Part shown: positions 43,869 to 55,595 of the stretch, piece by piece
Layout of the letters: every line of letters starts with the position of its first letter
Position numbering within the stretch: the stretch's first letter is position 1
Source: Calditrichia bacterium
GTDB taxonomy: Bacteria; Calditrichota; Calditrichia; JAJRVZ01
Length of the DNA stretch: 64,000 nucleotides
Assembly (NCBI GenBank): GCA_963777955.1
Contig: CAVZSQ010000021.1
Coordinates: 1-64,000 of the forward strand
Direction: 5' to 3'
Position numbers and translations under genes: made by a program
Notes under the pieces: model-generated
What the model was told of the DNA's origin: nothing
Database searches by the model: none
The model's input: only the letters and a program-made list of their open reading frames with translations

Positions 43869-45218
43869 ATGTGGATCATCCTTAAATACTTTTTACGTCA
43901 GTTTCTAAATTACTGGAAACATCTGCCTCTTAGAATCAAGATCGAAATTGTCATATTATTGACTGTGTTTTATATCTATGGTACGAATCAACTTGTTTTC
44001 AAATTCAGATCTTTTATTGAGCAACCCGATATCACCTCTCTGCACCTGCATATGCTTGTGCAACTGGTATTGCTGCTGCCGCTGTTAACCGGCATCCCTT
44101 TTATTTACTTCAGTCTGATACCCCGGCAGAAAAGCATTCAATTACTGCGTTTATTACCGCTCAGTTCCGGCCAGAGTGCCATGTTGTTGCTGGTTCATCT
44201 CTGGAAATATGAATTAATCTATTTAATTATTATTTTGCCGGTAGCGACAGCGGTCGGAATCACTCTCGGCTTGTGGCCATTCTTCTATCTGCTTATACTA
44301 TTATGCCTGCTACCGTCGGTCCTGTTTTTATTTTTGCATCTATTGGCGACCATTTTTTCAGCCAGATATAAGATCTTATTTATGTACCTGGGACTGGTTA
44401 TTCTCTACTATCTGTTTCTTCTGGGTATCCACCTCACCCCTTATTATCTACTTTATCAAATTGCCATTTATATTTTTCTGACTCTGATCGTCTACCGGTT
44501 TTGGTTTATTCACCGGGAAAAATGGGATATTATTCCCGACCGGTTTAGTCGCAGACCTGTTGATAAAAAACAGATGGTACCGTTCGGAACAATAAATTAT
44601 TTTACACTGGCTTCTTATGTTCCGCTGGCCATCCGGCCTGTTTTTATTAAAGAGATTCTGCTGCAGATCCGTAACAACAGGTATCTGCGCCTGAAGGTGC
44701 TGACTATAATCTTTTTCCTGCTGGGGTCCTTACTGATTCAGCAGTATGCCGCTGAGAATTTCCGGAATTTGCTGGCTTTGCTGGTTGTTGTTTTGATCTG
44801 GTGGCATTACAGTTCACAATTCAATGAAAAATATGTATTGCCTGAATCTAAATATTTCCTGAAGACCATGCCGCTGCGCTATTATCAATTCGTCCTGCCG
44901 AAATTCCTGGCTGAATTGATTTACATAATAATACTTACTTGTTTGTTATTACTCATTTTTCTTCTGCACGGGGAAGAACTACCTGCAGCATCAATAGCGG
45001 TTCTGTCCATGTTTATGGTATCTATTTTTATTTTGTTTATTACCATCATTTTTAAAACCATGTTTTATGACAATCCGCGTTTAGCCGGTTATGCTTATCA
45101 TCTCCTGATTCTGTTCAGCCTGGTGGTTTCTGTTAATTTTTATTTTGTTGGTCCGCTAATAACAATATTCCTGCTGCTATATTTTTCATACAAAAGTTAT
45201 CAAGCATTCAGTCAATGA
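43869..45218 (+). CDS. Multi-pass ABC exporter permease-like protein
   Basis: Many TM segments, LRLLPL and LKTMPL motifs. Followed by an ABC ATPase. Confidence 0.75.
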   Translation: MWIILKYFLRQFLNYWKHLPLRIKIEIVILLTVFYIYGTNQLVFKFRSFIEQPDITSLHLHMLVQLVLLLPLLTGIPFIYFSLIPRQKSIQLLRLLPLSSGQSAMLLLVHLWKYELIYLIIILPVATAVGITLGLWPFFYLLILLCLLPSVLFLFLHLLATIFSARYKILFMYLGLVILYYLFLLGIHLTPYYLLYQIAIYIFLTLIVYRFWFIHREKWDIIPDRFSRRPVDKKQMVPFGTINYFTLASYVPLAIRPVFIKEILLQIRNNRYLRLKVLTIIFFLLGSLLIQQYAAENFRNLLALLVVVLIWWHYSSQFNEKYVLPESKYFLKTMPLRYYQFVLPKFLAELIYIIILTCLLLLIFLLHGEELPAASIAVLSMFMVSIFILFITIIFKTMFYDNPRLAGYAYHLLILFSLVVSVNFYFVGPLITIFLLLYFSYKSYQAFSQ

Positions 45219-45225
45219 GGCCAAG

Positions 45226-45961
45226 ATGATCGAGCTGAAAAGAAGTATCGGTACAATTCCCCCGGGTACTGGCGGTGGACAACATCTCCTGTGTTTTTAA
45301 AAACGGCTTGATCCACGGTTTGATCGGTCCCAACGGTGCCGGCAAGAGTACCTTATTGAAAGCAATGGTTGGCTTGATCTCCACTTATTCCGGACAGGTA
45401 TTATACGACAGCAGGCTGTTATCTGAAAATCGCCAGGCCATAAAAAAACAGTTCGGTTATGCTCCCGAGGACATTGAATTGATACCCTATTTAAGCGGAT
45501 TGGAATATTTGCAGCTGGTTGCCGATATCAGAAAGTTGGACAGGGACGCGGCCGGCCTGGCCAATCTGCTGCAATTACTGGGTCTGCAAGAGGTGCAGCA
45601 GCAGATGGTCGACGGGTATTCGCACGGTATGCGTCAAAAGTTATCCCTGGCTGCGGCATTGGTGGGATTTCCGGCCGTGTTGATTCTTGATGAAGCCTTA
45701 AACGGTCTGGACACCCTGGCCCTGATCAATGTGAAGAAGTTATTAAGGGAACTGGCCGATCAGGGGCATACGATTATTCTTTCTTCGCATATTCTGGAAC
45801 TGGTGGAGCAGTGGTGTGATGAGATTTATATTATGCTCAACGGCCGCCTGGTTGAGCAATTACATCAGCAGCAATTAACTGAAATCAGAAATAAGTATGA
45901 ACATGGCTTAAGCGACTATTTTCAGAATCTGGCCAACCGGACTTCAAGCGGAGTTAAGTAA
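45226..45961 (+). CDS. ABC transporter ATP-binding protein (frameshift near start)
   Basis: GPNGAGKST, YSHGMRQK, ILDEALNGLD, SSH. Confidence 0.92.
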
Positions 45962-45966
45962 CTTAT

Positions 45967-46033
45967 AACCCACCCCTTTCATCCCCTCCCTTTCAGCCCG
46001 TGGGCTGAAAGGGAGGGGAAAGAGGGGAGGGTC
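45967..46033. repeat. REP-like long palindrome, copy 1
   Basis: ACCCACCCC..TCCCCTCCCTTTCAGCCC-GT-GGGCTGAAAGGGAGGGGA..GGGGAGGGT. Confidence 0.8.
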
Positions 46034-46047
46034 AATTGAAAAATCGA

Positions 46048-46090
46048 TTGACAATATTAAATTCTTAATGTATCTTCATTGTAGAAACAT
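46048..46090 (+). promoter_or_regulatory. mazEF sigma-70 promoter and operator
   Basis: TTGACA-17-TATCTT. Imperfect palindrome ATGTATCT-TCATTGT-AGAAACAT overlapping the -10 element. Confidence 0.7.
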
Positions 46091-46103
46091 CACAGAGGTA
46101 AAC

Positions 46104-46346
46104 ATGGAAGCAAAAGTTCAAAAATGGGGTAATAGTCTGGCCATCCGCATTCCAAAACCGTTTGCCGACGAGGCCGGACTCAGCGATGACTGCAAAGTCA
46201 CCCTATCGCTCAAAAAACATAAAATCATCATTAGTCCCATTTCCAGGAAAAAACTGCATCTTGAACAGTTTTTAGTGCAGATAACGGAACAGAATTTGCA
46301 CAGTGAAATATCTACAGGAGCTGAAACCGGTAAGGAAATATGGTAA
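46104..46346 (+). CDS. mazE: AbrB/MazE antitoxin
   Basis: KVQKWGNSLAIRIPK...GKEIW. Confidence 0.93.
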   Translation: MEAKVQKWGNSLAIRIPKPFADEAGLSDDCKVTLSLKKHKIIISPISRKKLHLEQFLVQITEQNLHSEISTGAETGKEIW

Positions 46347-46681
46347 AACAGGATGCATATATTCCTGAGCGCGGGGATTTGATCTGGCTCACCTTTGATC
46401 CTCAATCAGGACATGAACAAGCCGGACGTCGCCCGGCAGTGGTGCTGTCGCCCGCTGCCTATAATAGAAAAGTCGGTCTGGCTTTGCTTTGTCCGGTCAC
46501 TCAGCAGGTAAAGGGATATCCGTTCGAAGTCGGTTTACCCCCTGATTTACAGGTAAGTGGTGTGATATTAGCCGATCAGGTAAAGAGTCTGGACTGGCGG
46601 GTAAGGAAGGCCGAATTAATCTGTTCCCTGTCCGCTGAAACCATAAACGAAGTATTGGATAAAGTACGTCTATTATTATGA
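46340..46681 (+). CDS. mazF: MazF endoribonuclease toxin
   Basis: RGDLIWLTFDPQSGHEQAGRRPAVVLSP..YN, KGYPFEV, DQVKSLDWRVR. Confidence 0.96.
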   Translation: MVKQDAYIPERGDLIWLTFDPQSGHEQAGRRPAVVLSPAAYNRKVGLALLCPVTQQVKGYPFEVGLPPDLQVSGVILADQVKSLDWRVRKAELICSLSAETINEVLDKVRLLL

Positions 46682-46711
46682 TCTCCTAAAGGAGATACAA
46701 AAAAAAAGCCC

Positions 46712-47032
46712 TCATTCCGAGGGCATTTTATCTTTCTTAATGTCGTCATCTTCGGTCAAATACCGGAATTTCAATTTGTCGGCAAATAATTCATCCTGCG
46801 CTATCACGGTCGGATTAATTTCCCGCTCGTGTACGACCCCTTCAAAAAATTCACGGTCATATACATCCAGATCCTGATCAAAACTCGACTCGTCCAGGAT
46901 CTCCTTTTCTTTACGCTTGGCGATCCTCTCGCCGTTGATCTGCCTGGCGCGGCGGGCTATGACCAGACACGCTTCATAAATATTTTCCGCTGTCTTTTCG
47001 ATTTCATCAAGATCCAGGGTCTGTATAGCCAT
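46712..47032 (-). CDS. rpoZ: RNA polymerase omega subunit
   Basis: ENIYEACLVIARRARQIN...NPTVIA. Confidence 0.85.
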   Translation of the reverse strand: MAIQTLDLDEIEKTAENIYEACLVIARRARQINGERIAKRKEKEILDESSFDQDLDVYDREFFEGVVHEREINPTVIAQDELFADKLKFRYLTEDDDIKKDKMPSE

Positions 47033-47064
47033 GCATTTCCTCCAAATATTGATAAAAGTCAATA

Positions 47065-47093
47065 AATATACTCTTATTATTTCCATATGTCAA
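47065..47093 (-). promoter_or_regulatory. Sigma-70 promoter of rpoZ
   Basis: TTGACA-17-TATATT on the minus strand. Confidence 0.65.
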
Positions 47094-47113
47094 ATAAAAA
47101 CAGGACATTTTGC

Positions 47114-47182
47114 TGACCCACCCCAATGTCCCCTCCCTATCAGCCTATGGGCTGATAGGGAGGGGATGAAAGGGGAGGGTCA
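47114..47182. repeat. REP-like long palindrome, copy 2
   Basis: TGACCCACCCC..TCCCCTCCCTATCAGCCT-AT-GGGCTGATAGGGAGGGGA..GGGGAGGGTCA. Confidence 0.8.
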
Positions 47183-47267
47183 TAATTTTATTAAATTTTA
47201 GAAATATATTGCTTGAAACCTGTATCTTGTCATAAAATCTGGTCAATTATTTCCTGGTAGAACTCAG

Positions 47268-47897
47268 ATGAAAATATTATTTGTCAATTTTCTGGTTTTA
47301 GCACTGTTTATCCCTGTTTTTCTGCCTGCACAACTGGTAATCAACCTACCTGATACTATTGTAATATCTGTGAATAAACAAATAATACCTTTGACCAGGA
47401 GCCGGCTCGATAGTCTGCACCAGGAAGCCAGGAGCGGTAAAGTTCATTATAAAATCGCCGGTATCGAAGCCTCCCGGCAGCGGGCACAAATCCGCCTGGC
47501 TGTTCCCCAGGTTTTTTCCCTGCCGCAGGTCTTCGATCAAATCATCTTCTACTATTCACTGATTCCTGCTGAAGACGACCGGCTCAGAGATCAGGTTTAT
47601 GTCTACCCGTACTTTGCTGATATTGCTGAACAGCCATATATCACCTGCAGCTATCAGCCAATTGGAAAATTTTTTTTCACCGTCAAACGCTGGCCCGTGA
47701 TACCGGTCCCCCCTGCACCTGATCCACTGCAGAAAAATATCTATAACCAGATTATTAATGCGCTGCTGGACGATTATCAGATCATGGAGAATGTCAGTCC
47801 GGAAATTATCCAAAGAATTGCCCACAAGAATAAATTACAGGTCGAACAGGTGCAAAAATATTATGAGGACACCATATTATGGCAGGAGGCTCAATGA
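47268..47897 (+). CDS. Exported hypothetical protein
   Basis: Signal peptide. Stop overlaps the next start codon. Confidence 0.7.
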   Translation: MKILFVNFLVLALFIPVFLPAQLVINLPDTIVISVNKQIIPLTRSRLDSLHQEARSGKVHYKIAGIEASRQRAQIRLAVPQVFSLPQVFDQIIFYYSLIPAEDDRLRDQVYVYPYFADIAEQPYITCSYQPIGKFFFTVKRWPVIPVPPAPDPLQKNIYNQIINALLDDYQIMENVSPEIIQRIAHKNKLQVEQVQKYYEDTILWQEAQ

Positions 47898-50131
47898 TAC
47901 CGGGAAAATCCATAATCTGCATTTTAATCCTGATTCTGCTTGTCTGCGCCGGCTGTAAATCGGCGCCGGATAATATGCTGCCCGTCATCACATTGACCGA
48001 TGCGGTTAACCATCAATTCACCTACACCAATAAAATATCCGCTTTCTATCTGGCTAATAGCCATACAACGCCGAAAGCTTATTTCGATGGCTGGACCGTT
48101 AATGAGCACCATTATCTGCAGGATTACCGGTTATTACTCGATACGCTTCCGCTTTTCAGGGATTCAATAAAAGTATTTAACTACTACCCGGACCACTGTC
48201 AACGGGTATATAGTTCCGGTTTAACCGAAACTTTTACCATGCTGGACTCGATCAATGCCCTGATCTGGGAACTGGAGTGGAATGGACCCATAGAAAAAAT
48301 TGTTTTTAATCCGCTCCTGCCCCCGCCGGCAAATGAACGTTCCCTGGTTCTTGCCAATACCAATCCACAGTTACTATTCTCGCCGGCCGATCTGTTTGGG
48401 GCTGATACTGATCCCGGTTTGTTATGGCTGGAATTCAACTGGAAAATGCTGGATCAACATCGTCTGCTCATCCTGGCTGTGCTGGCAGAAAATCAATCTG
48501 CCGCGCAAAAGCTGAGTACCGACCTGTCCAAAAATTATAAAAGCCTGCGACAGCAGCGTTGCGATCGCATGCTGAAATTCGTACAGACCAATGCTCTGAC
48601 CACCAATATCCAGGAAATCAATGATGCTGTAATCTGGGCACAACTGTCTGCCGATGCCCTGGTCACACGACAACGCGGTGAAGGCATCTGGGCCGGACTC
48701 CCCTGGTTTAACAACTACTGGGGCAGGGATACATTTATTTCCTTCAGGGGCACATTACTGCAGGCCGGCCAATTTCAGCAGGCGAAAAAAATCCTGGAAA
48801 ATTTTGTCGGTCATCAGCAGACGGATGAAAACAATCCATTATTGGGACGTATCCCCAACCGCATTACCAACAAAGAGATCATCTATAATACCGCCGACGG
48901 AACCTGGTGGTTCGTACGTGCGGCTTATGAATATTTGTTGTTCAGCGGCGACCAGGATTTTGCTGTTTTTATTTTACCGGTAATAAAACGAGCCATCGCC
49001 GGTGCTCTAAAATATAAAGTTGATCCGTACTTCTTCGTCACCCATGCCGATGCCGAAACCTGGATGGACGCCCAGTATGAAAAAGGCGCCTGGTCGCCGC
49101 GCGGAAACCGGGCCGTGGAGATCCAGGCGCTGTGGTATACCGCCCTGCAATGCGCTGCCCGGATTGCGCTGCTCAACCAGCAAACCAATCTGGCTGAATA
49201 CTGGTTATCCATCGCCAGCTACCCTCAAAAATAATTTCATTGAGTGGTATTACAGCCCGGTAAAAGGTCAACTTTATGACCATCTGAATAGCGATGACAG
49301 CAAGGACAGGCAGATCCGGCCCAATCAGATTTTTGGCTGTTACCGCACCTGATTTACCGGGTATCGAACCTCTGCTGCCGCCCGAGTATCAGATCCGCAT
49401 CAGCAATGCTGTGCTGCAAAAATTAACCTATCGTTACGGGGTGGCCTCGCTGTGGCAGGAAGAGGATGATTTTCACCCCTGGCATCATTATGAATCTTTG
49501 TATCCGCAGGATGCAGCTTATCATAACGGCGTGGTCTGGACCTGGCTGGCCGGACCGGTCATCAATAGTCTGACCAGGTTCCATCAGCAGGACCTGGCTT
49601 ATCCGCTTATTCTTTAATGAGACCAATCAGATTCTGCAGTGGGATGCCATCGGTAATTTCAGTGAATTACTGGATGCTATACCGCGTCCGGGTGAGCAGG
49701 AACCGCGAATTTCCGGAACCGTATCGCAGGCCTGGAGCCTGGCCGGCTATATCGACAATTTTTACCGGGATTTCGTCGGCTACCGGCCGGATGCCCTGCA
49801 TTCGACAATCTATTTTGAACCGCATATTCCCTATGAATTGAATGCCATCCGGGTATATCTTCCTTATAAAAATCAGTTCCTGCAGTTTATCTATCAGGAA
49901 CTTGAAGATCGCTTCACTCTGCGGATTGAATGTTCCGGTCTGCGGGAAAGAATCAGCATATCGCTGAATTTCCCCGGATATGATCCATTAAAATTTTCTC
50001 TGACACAGGAGACACCCGCATTCACCAGGGAATTCGCTAAAGATGAACGGTTTGTATATCAACCTGAAAATGATCTGGAATGGTACTTTGCCCAGCCGGA
50101 ATTACGGGAAGGATTGAAATCTCTACGCTAG
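47894..50131 (+). CDS. Amylo-alpha-1,6-glucosidase / glycogen debranching-like lipoprotein (several frameshifts)
   Basis: AGC lipobox, IWAGLPWFNNYWGRDTFIS, YNTADGTWWF, TWMDA, IRPNQ, AYHNGVVWTWL, SQAWS. Confidence 0.85.
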
Positions 50132-52675
50132 TCCAGCCACTTGATCAGCCGGGTTTCGTATTGATTGAACAGATCCGGGTGGCTGGGCATTACCCGGCAG
50201 TTGAAATTATATGCTCCATCCGGTGCTGCAGACACATGAGCCCGGTATTCTAATTTGCCATCGGCAACTTCTGCAACCAGACCCATGGGAATCACTTTCA
50301 GATCCTTTTGCAGATGATAGGTATCATGCCGTTGCAGAATAACCTCCACCCGCAGGTCTTCCGGCAGCAAACCTCCGGAGGTCACATGCAGGATCAGATC
50401 CCGGGTCTCCCCGGCCGATAAAATTCTACGGTCGACATCCATCGAGGGTCCGTTTTTAACATTCAACCGGACATTTTTCCATAAACGCTGGATGCGGTTT
50501 TTCCACTTGCTGAACTGATGCAGTTCTTTATATTCCTCTTCCGAATATTTCTCCGCCCGTTTGATGGAAGGCAGATAAAACTGCTGCAGATAGTTCCAGA
50601 CCATGCGGTGAGCACTGAACCGGGTTATGGTTGAATGCAGGGAATGTTTGACCTTGAGCAGCCATTCCTGCGGAACTCCCCTTGGCGTCGCGGGTATAAT
50701 AAAGTGGGATAACCTCTTTTTCCAGAATTTCGTACAGGGAATTACTGTCATCAATATCCTGCTGCTCATGATCTTCATAAGGATGCGTCTGACCGATGGC
50801 CCAGCCATTCTCGTTATTGAAGCCCTCGGCCCACCAGCCGTCCAGGATACTGATATTTACGCCGCCGTTGATCGGCACTTTTTGTCCGGAAGTACCGCTG
50901 GCTTCCATCGGGCGGCGGGGCGTATTAAGCCAGATATCGACACCGGAGATCAGGGCCCGGGCATTATTCATATTGTAGTCTTCAATGAAGACCACTTTGC
51001 CGCGGAATCCCTCTTCCCTGGATATTTCATTGATACGGCGGATCAGATCTTTACCGGCATCATTAGCCGGGTGGGCTTTGCCGGCAAAAATAATCTGTAC
51101 CGGTCCATCCGGATTATTCAATATCTTCTTAACCCGTTCCAGATCTTTAAAAAACAACAGGGCTCTTTTATAGGGAGCGAAACGACGGGCGAAACCGATG
51201 GTCAGTATTTCCGGACTGAGGACATCTTTTGCTGCAGGATATCCTCCATAGTCCTCGCCGTAACGTTCAATGCGCTGGCTGTAATTTTTCCTCAGCAGGG
51301 TGATCATTTCCTGCTTCAGCCGTTTCTTAACCTGCCAGATTGCCTCATTGGGTACTTCAAAAATTTTATCCCAGAAATTTTGATCACGGATCTTGGTCCT
51401 CCAGACCGGCTCCAGATGCTGATCAAATAAGTGGACCATTTCGCGGTGCAGCCAGGTAAAAGTATGCACGCCATTGGTTACATAACCAATGGGCACCTCG
51501 GAGATCGGTATCCCCGGCCAGACTTTTTGCCACATTTCCTGTGAAACTTCACCGTGTAACTTGCTGACACCGTTGGCCTGGTTGGAAAGGTTCAGGGCCA
51601 GGATAGTCAGAGAAAAATTTTCATGTTTATGGATATTGGTATTACGACCCAGATCGAAAAATTTCTCATGGGAAATTTCCAGTTCCGGCCACATATTGGT
51701 AAAATATTTATCGATCATATCAAATTCGAATTCTTCATTGCCGGCCGGTACGGGAGTATGAGTGGTAAATATCGTGGTGGCCCGCACATATTCCTGGGCT
51801 GTTTTAAAATCCATACCTTCATTCATCAATTCATACAACCGTTCCAGGCACATGAAAGCAGAATGCCCTTCGTTGATATGGAAGATGGATGGATTAAGAC
51901 CCATTTTCCGTATCGCCCGTAAACCGCCGATACCGAGAATTATTTCCTGGCGGATACGGGTGTCGCGGCTGCCGCCATACAGAATATGAATGATGTTTTT
52001 ATCTTCATCGCTGTTCTGGTCTACCGTAGTATCCAGATAATAAACCGAAGCCCGGCCGACTTTCACTTCCCAGATCTTCACATACACAACATGATCGAGC
52101 AACGGCACAGCTACCAGCACCGGGTTGCTGTATTCGTCCTTGACCAGTTGCATTGGTAACTTTTCGGGATCAAGTATATTGAATGTTTCGGATTGATTGC
52201 CGTGTTCATCGATTTGCTGCTGGAAATAGGCATGCTTGTACATCAGGCCGATACCGAAGATCGGTATGCCCAGATCGCTGCAGGATTTGATATGATCGCC
52301 GGCCAGAATGCCCAGGCCTCCGGCATAATTGGGCAGACATTCATGGATGCCATATTCCGCCGAGAAATAAGCAATAGAGTGATCGGCGAGACGGGGAAAA
52401 TTTTTTGCAAAAGCCGTCTCCTTGGCGGTCATATAGGTGTGATAACGATCCCAGATACTTTCCAGTTTCTCGATAAAAGCGGGATTAGCGGCAACCTTCT
52501 GTAATTTTACAGAATCAACCCTGGAGAGAAATTCAACAGGATTATGTCCGCTGCGCCGCCAGGCACGCTCATCGATCTCTTTGTACAGATCGCGTACATC
52601 GGGATTCCAGCTGAACCAGAGATTGTAAGCCAGGTCGATCAATTTAGGCGGTAGTTTTGGCAACTTGCTTTCCAT
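50128..52675 (-). CDS. glgP: Alpha-glucan (glycogen) phosphorylase (frameshift near 50670)
   Basis: AYFSAEYG, GGLGILAGD, HINEGH, FTTHTP, ARRFAPYKR, EASGTSGQK. Confidence 0.95.
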
Positions 52676-52833
52676 ACTTTTTCAATTTTCCTGCGTTAGA
52701 CTATTGATGCTCCGCTTAAAAAATATTTGATAATATAATAACTGGTTTAATTCATAAAAAACACTTTTGTCACTTTTCTCTTCCGGTCGATCAGCATTTC
52801 AAGTTTTAAATATCTTCATCGCTGCTCGCCCGA

Positions 52834-53568
52834 TCAACCTATACTCCGTCCTCCATCAACCGCTAAAACCGTACCGGTAATATAATCAGATCCTTCAATT
52901 AAAAAGCGCACTGCCAGGGCTACATCCTCCGGACGCCCGGCGCGTTTCAGTAAAGTCCTGCGCAGACTCTGTTCTTTTTCGGACTCGGAGTAATGGTCCG
53001 GAAACATGACCGGTCCGGGATTCACACAATTTACCTGTACCTGCGGAGCCAGGGCTTTGGCCAGGCCCCTGGTCATGGCGATGATCCCGCTTTTAGTCAA
53101 TCCATAAGGAATAAACGACGGCCAGGGATTATTACCGCAGGCATCACCGATATTGACAATCTTGCCCCAGCCTTGTTTGTGCATATGCCGGCCGGCCTGC
53201 TGGGCACAGAAAAAAGCGGCTTTCAGGTTCAGATTAAACAGACGATCCCATTGTTCTTCAGTTACCGTTCCCAGCGGCGTCTTATAGAATAACGCGGCAT
53301 TATTGATCAGCACATCCAGTCTTCCCGATTTAACCATAATTTCATTTACTAATTTATCTATATTGGGAATGTGGCTCAAATCACTTTGCAGCAGGTAAAT
53401 TTTGCCGCCGCTTTTCTCGATCTTTCTTTTTAACGATCTGGCCGGCGCGGCGCTTTGATTATAATGGCAGAAAATAACCGCCCCGGCCTTAGCCAACTCA
53501 AGACAAATTGACCGGCCCACCCGTACAGCACCACCGGTGACCAGGACTACTTTATTTTTCAGATTCAT
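52834..53568 (-). CDS. SDR oxidoreductase (pteridine reductase/FolM-like)
   Basis: TGGAVRVG, LINNA, YGLTK, LAP. Confidence 0.85.
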   Translation of the reverse strand: MNLKNKVVLVTGGAVRVGRSICLELAKAGAVIFCHYNQSAAPARSLKRKIEKSGGKIYLLQSDLSHIPNIDKLVNEIMVKSGRLDVLINNAALFYKTPLGTVTEEQWDRLFNLNLKAAFFCAQQAGRHMHKQGWGKIVNIGDACGNNPWPSFIPYGLTKSGIIAMTRGLAKALAPQVQVNCVNPGPVMFPDHYSESEKEQSLRRTLLKRAGRPEDVALAVRFLIEGSDYITGTVLAVDGGRSIG

Positions 53569-53647
53569 AACGTTCTCTTCAAAATTATATTTATTTAATT
53601 TTTCTACATGAAGACATGTTAATCGCAGGCACTGTACAACGTGCAAT

Positions 53648-53674
53648 TGTCATTCCGAGCGTAGCGAGGAATCT
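53648..53674. repeat. REP-like element
   Basis: TGTCATTCCGAGCGTAGCGAGGAATCT. Confidence 0.55.
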
Positions 53675-53702
53675 AAGACCTTCCATATGAAGAGTGATAC
53701 CT

Positions 53703-54340
53703 TTAATATGATCCTCCCAAGGAAGTTAAAAACGGATTATATTTCCGTTCATGCCCGATCGTGGTCGCGGGACCATGTCCGGAATATACTTTGGTATCAT
53801 CATTCAGACTTAATAATTTATCGGTTATGGATCCTATTAATTGTTCATAATCACCGCCGTACAAATCGGTTCGACCGATTGAATCCCGGAATAATGTATC
53901 ACCTACAAAGACATGCTTGCCGAATAACAGGGAAATTCCACCCGGGGAATGACCGGGGGTGTATAACACCGTTCCGTTAAGTCGACCCACCTGCAGGGTA
54001 TCGCCATCCTGCAGATAAGAAGTTACCACGGGAATTTCTTTAACTGCTATTCCGAATAATTCTCCCTGCTGGCGCAATGAATCTAATAGAGGTGATTCCT
54101 GTTTATGAATATAAAACGGAATTTTGAAATGTTTTTGTATATCTCCGGCTTCGGCGCTATGATCAATATGACAATGCGTATTTACAATATATAACAACTG
54201 CACTGTTCTCTGCTGATTTTTTCGATCAGTTGTCCGCTTTCGGCACCAGGATCGATTATAATCGCCTCACGGGTATCTCCATCCGCCAGCAGGTAACAAT
54301 TCATGGCAAAAGGACCGACTGTGATTGTAGTGATGCGCAG
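53703..54340 (-). CDS. Metallo-beta-lactamase-fold hydrolase (glyoxalase II/GloC-like; frameshift near 54205, start approximate)
   Basis: VGPFAMNCYLL..IIDPG, THCHIDH, TPGHSPG, GDTLF, SGHG. Confidence 0.88.
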
Positions 54341-54552
54341 CGGATATTCTGTATTCTTATTGCTGACAGGTATTATCAGAAACAGTGTCCCTTCTCTGTT
54401 AAAATAGGATTATAGTTTCTTCAGGACTCTAATAGAATAGGAGTGCTTATAAGAGGTTAACGCATAAAATCGTTTAAAAAATTCAACTCATGTAATCCGT
54501 TGACTAATTACCAGTTACTAATTACAAATTACCGATCGGATTATTATTTAAC

Positions 54553-55332
54553 TTATATATTAATAACCCCCTCTGAATACAAAACTGCCCGGCCGGCGAT
54601 AATAACTCTTTTGCCCAGATCTTCACAGAAAATTTCACCTCCACGGTTAGAAACCTGCCTGGCCTGCATCGTTTTTTTGTTCAGTCTTTTAGACCAGTAC
54701 GGGATCAGTGTACAATGAGCCGAGCCGGTAACCGGGTCTTCAGGTATACCCATAGCCGGGGCAAAAAACCGGGATACAAAATCAACTTCTTTTCCGGGTG
54801 CGGTTACAATAACTGCCAGACGATCCAATTCCTTAATAAGCGCCAGGTAGGGTTTCAGCTCGCGTACTTCATCTTCAGACTTGTATACCACCAGATAATA
54901 GTTCGAGGCTAAGACCTCCTGCGGCTGATAATCAAGCGCCTTGATTAATTCCGCCGGTGTTTTACTGGGCAGGGGAGGATGCGCAGGGAAATTCATGGCG
55001 TATAAATCATTGTTCTTTTTCACGATTAATTCCCCGGAGCGGGTGCCGAAGGTGACTTCCGTCACGCCGGGATCAACTTGATTCATCAGTACAAAAGCAC
55101 TGGCCAGAGTGGCATGCCCGCAGATTTCCACTTCCATCTGGGGGGTAAACCATCTCAACTGGTAATAGCCGCCGCGATTGACAATAAAAGCAGTTTCAGA
55201 AAGATTATTCTCGGCAGCAATGGATTGCAACTGGCCGTCATCAAGCCAGTAATCCAGGGGACAAACTGCCGCCGGGTTACCTGAAAAAATCCTGCTGGAA
55301 AAAGCATCGACTATAAAAATGGGAATTTTCAT
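54553..55332 (-). CDS. PhzF family isomerase
   Basis: VDAF..GNPAAV, LSETAF, EICGHATLA, EDPVTGSAH. Confidence 0.95.
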   Translation of the reverse strand: MKIPIFIVDAFSSRIFSGNPAAVCPLDYWLDDGQLQSIAAENNLSETAFIVNRGGYYQLRWFTPQMEVEICGHATLASAFVLMNQVDPGVTEVTFGTRSGELIVKKNNDLYAMNFPAHPPLPSKTPAELIKALDYQPQEVLASNYYLVVYKSEDEVRELKPYLALIKELDRLAVIVTAPGKEVDFVSRFFAPAMGIPEDPVTGSAHCTLIPYWSKRLNKKTMQARQVSNRGGEIFCEDLGKRVIIAGRAVLYSEGVINI

Positions 55333-55595
55333 ATCCGTTTACCTGCCTTTTTATTCAGAATCTCCGCGATAATCCAGATTCCCCCTCATTTTTAATCTAT
55401 TAAAATCGTAAAAAAGTACTTAAATTTCAATTTATATATTCAAATTTATAAAAATTTATTAATAAATATAAACTATATTTGCTGACAATTCGAATTGCCA
55501 TGAAATATTTAATATATTTGCTTAACTCAATGCTGGAATTGGACCGGCTGTTCTGCTGTTCCATTCTGCAGCTGATTACTAAATAAATCGGATTA

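Noticed and set aside
25445..52675. Programmed frameshifting or pseudogenes in prc, the CNBD gene, DUF4139, the debranching enzyme and glgP
   Set aside because: Scattered single-base indels in unrelated conserved genes without consistent slippery sites are better explained by sequencing error.
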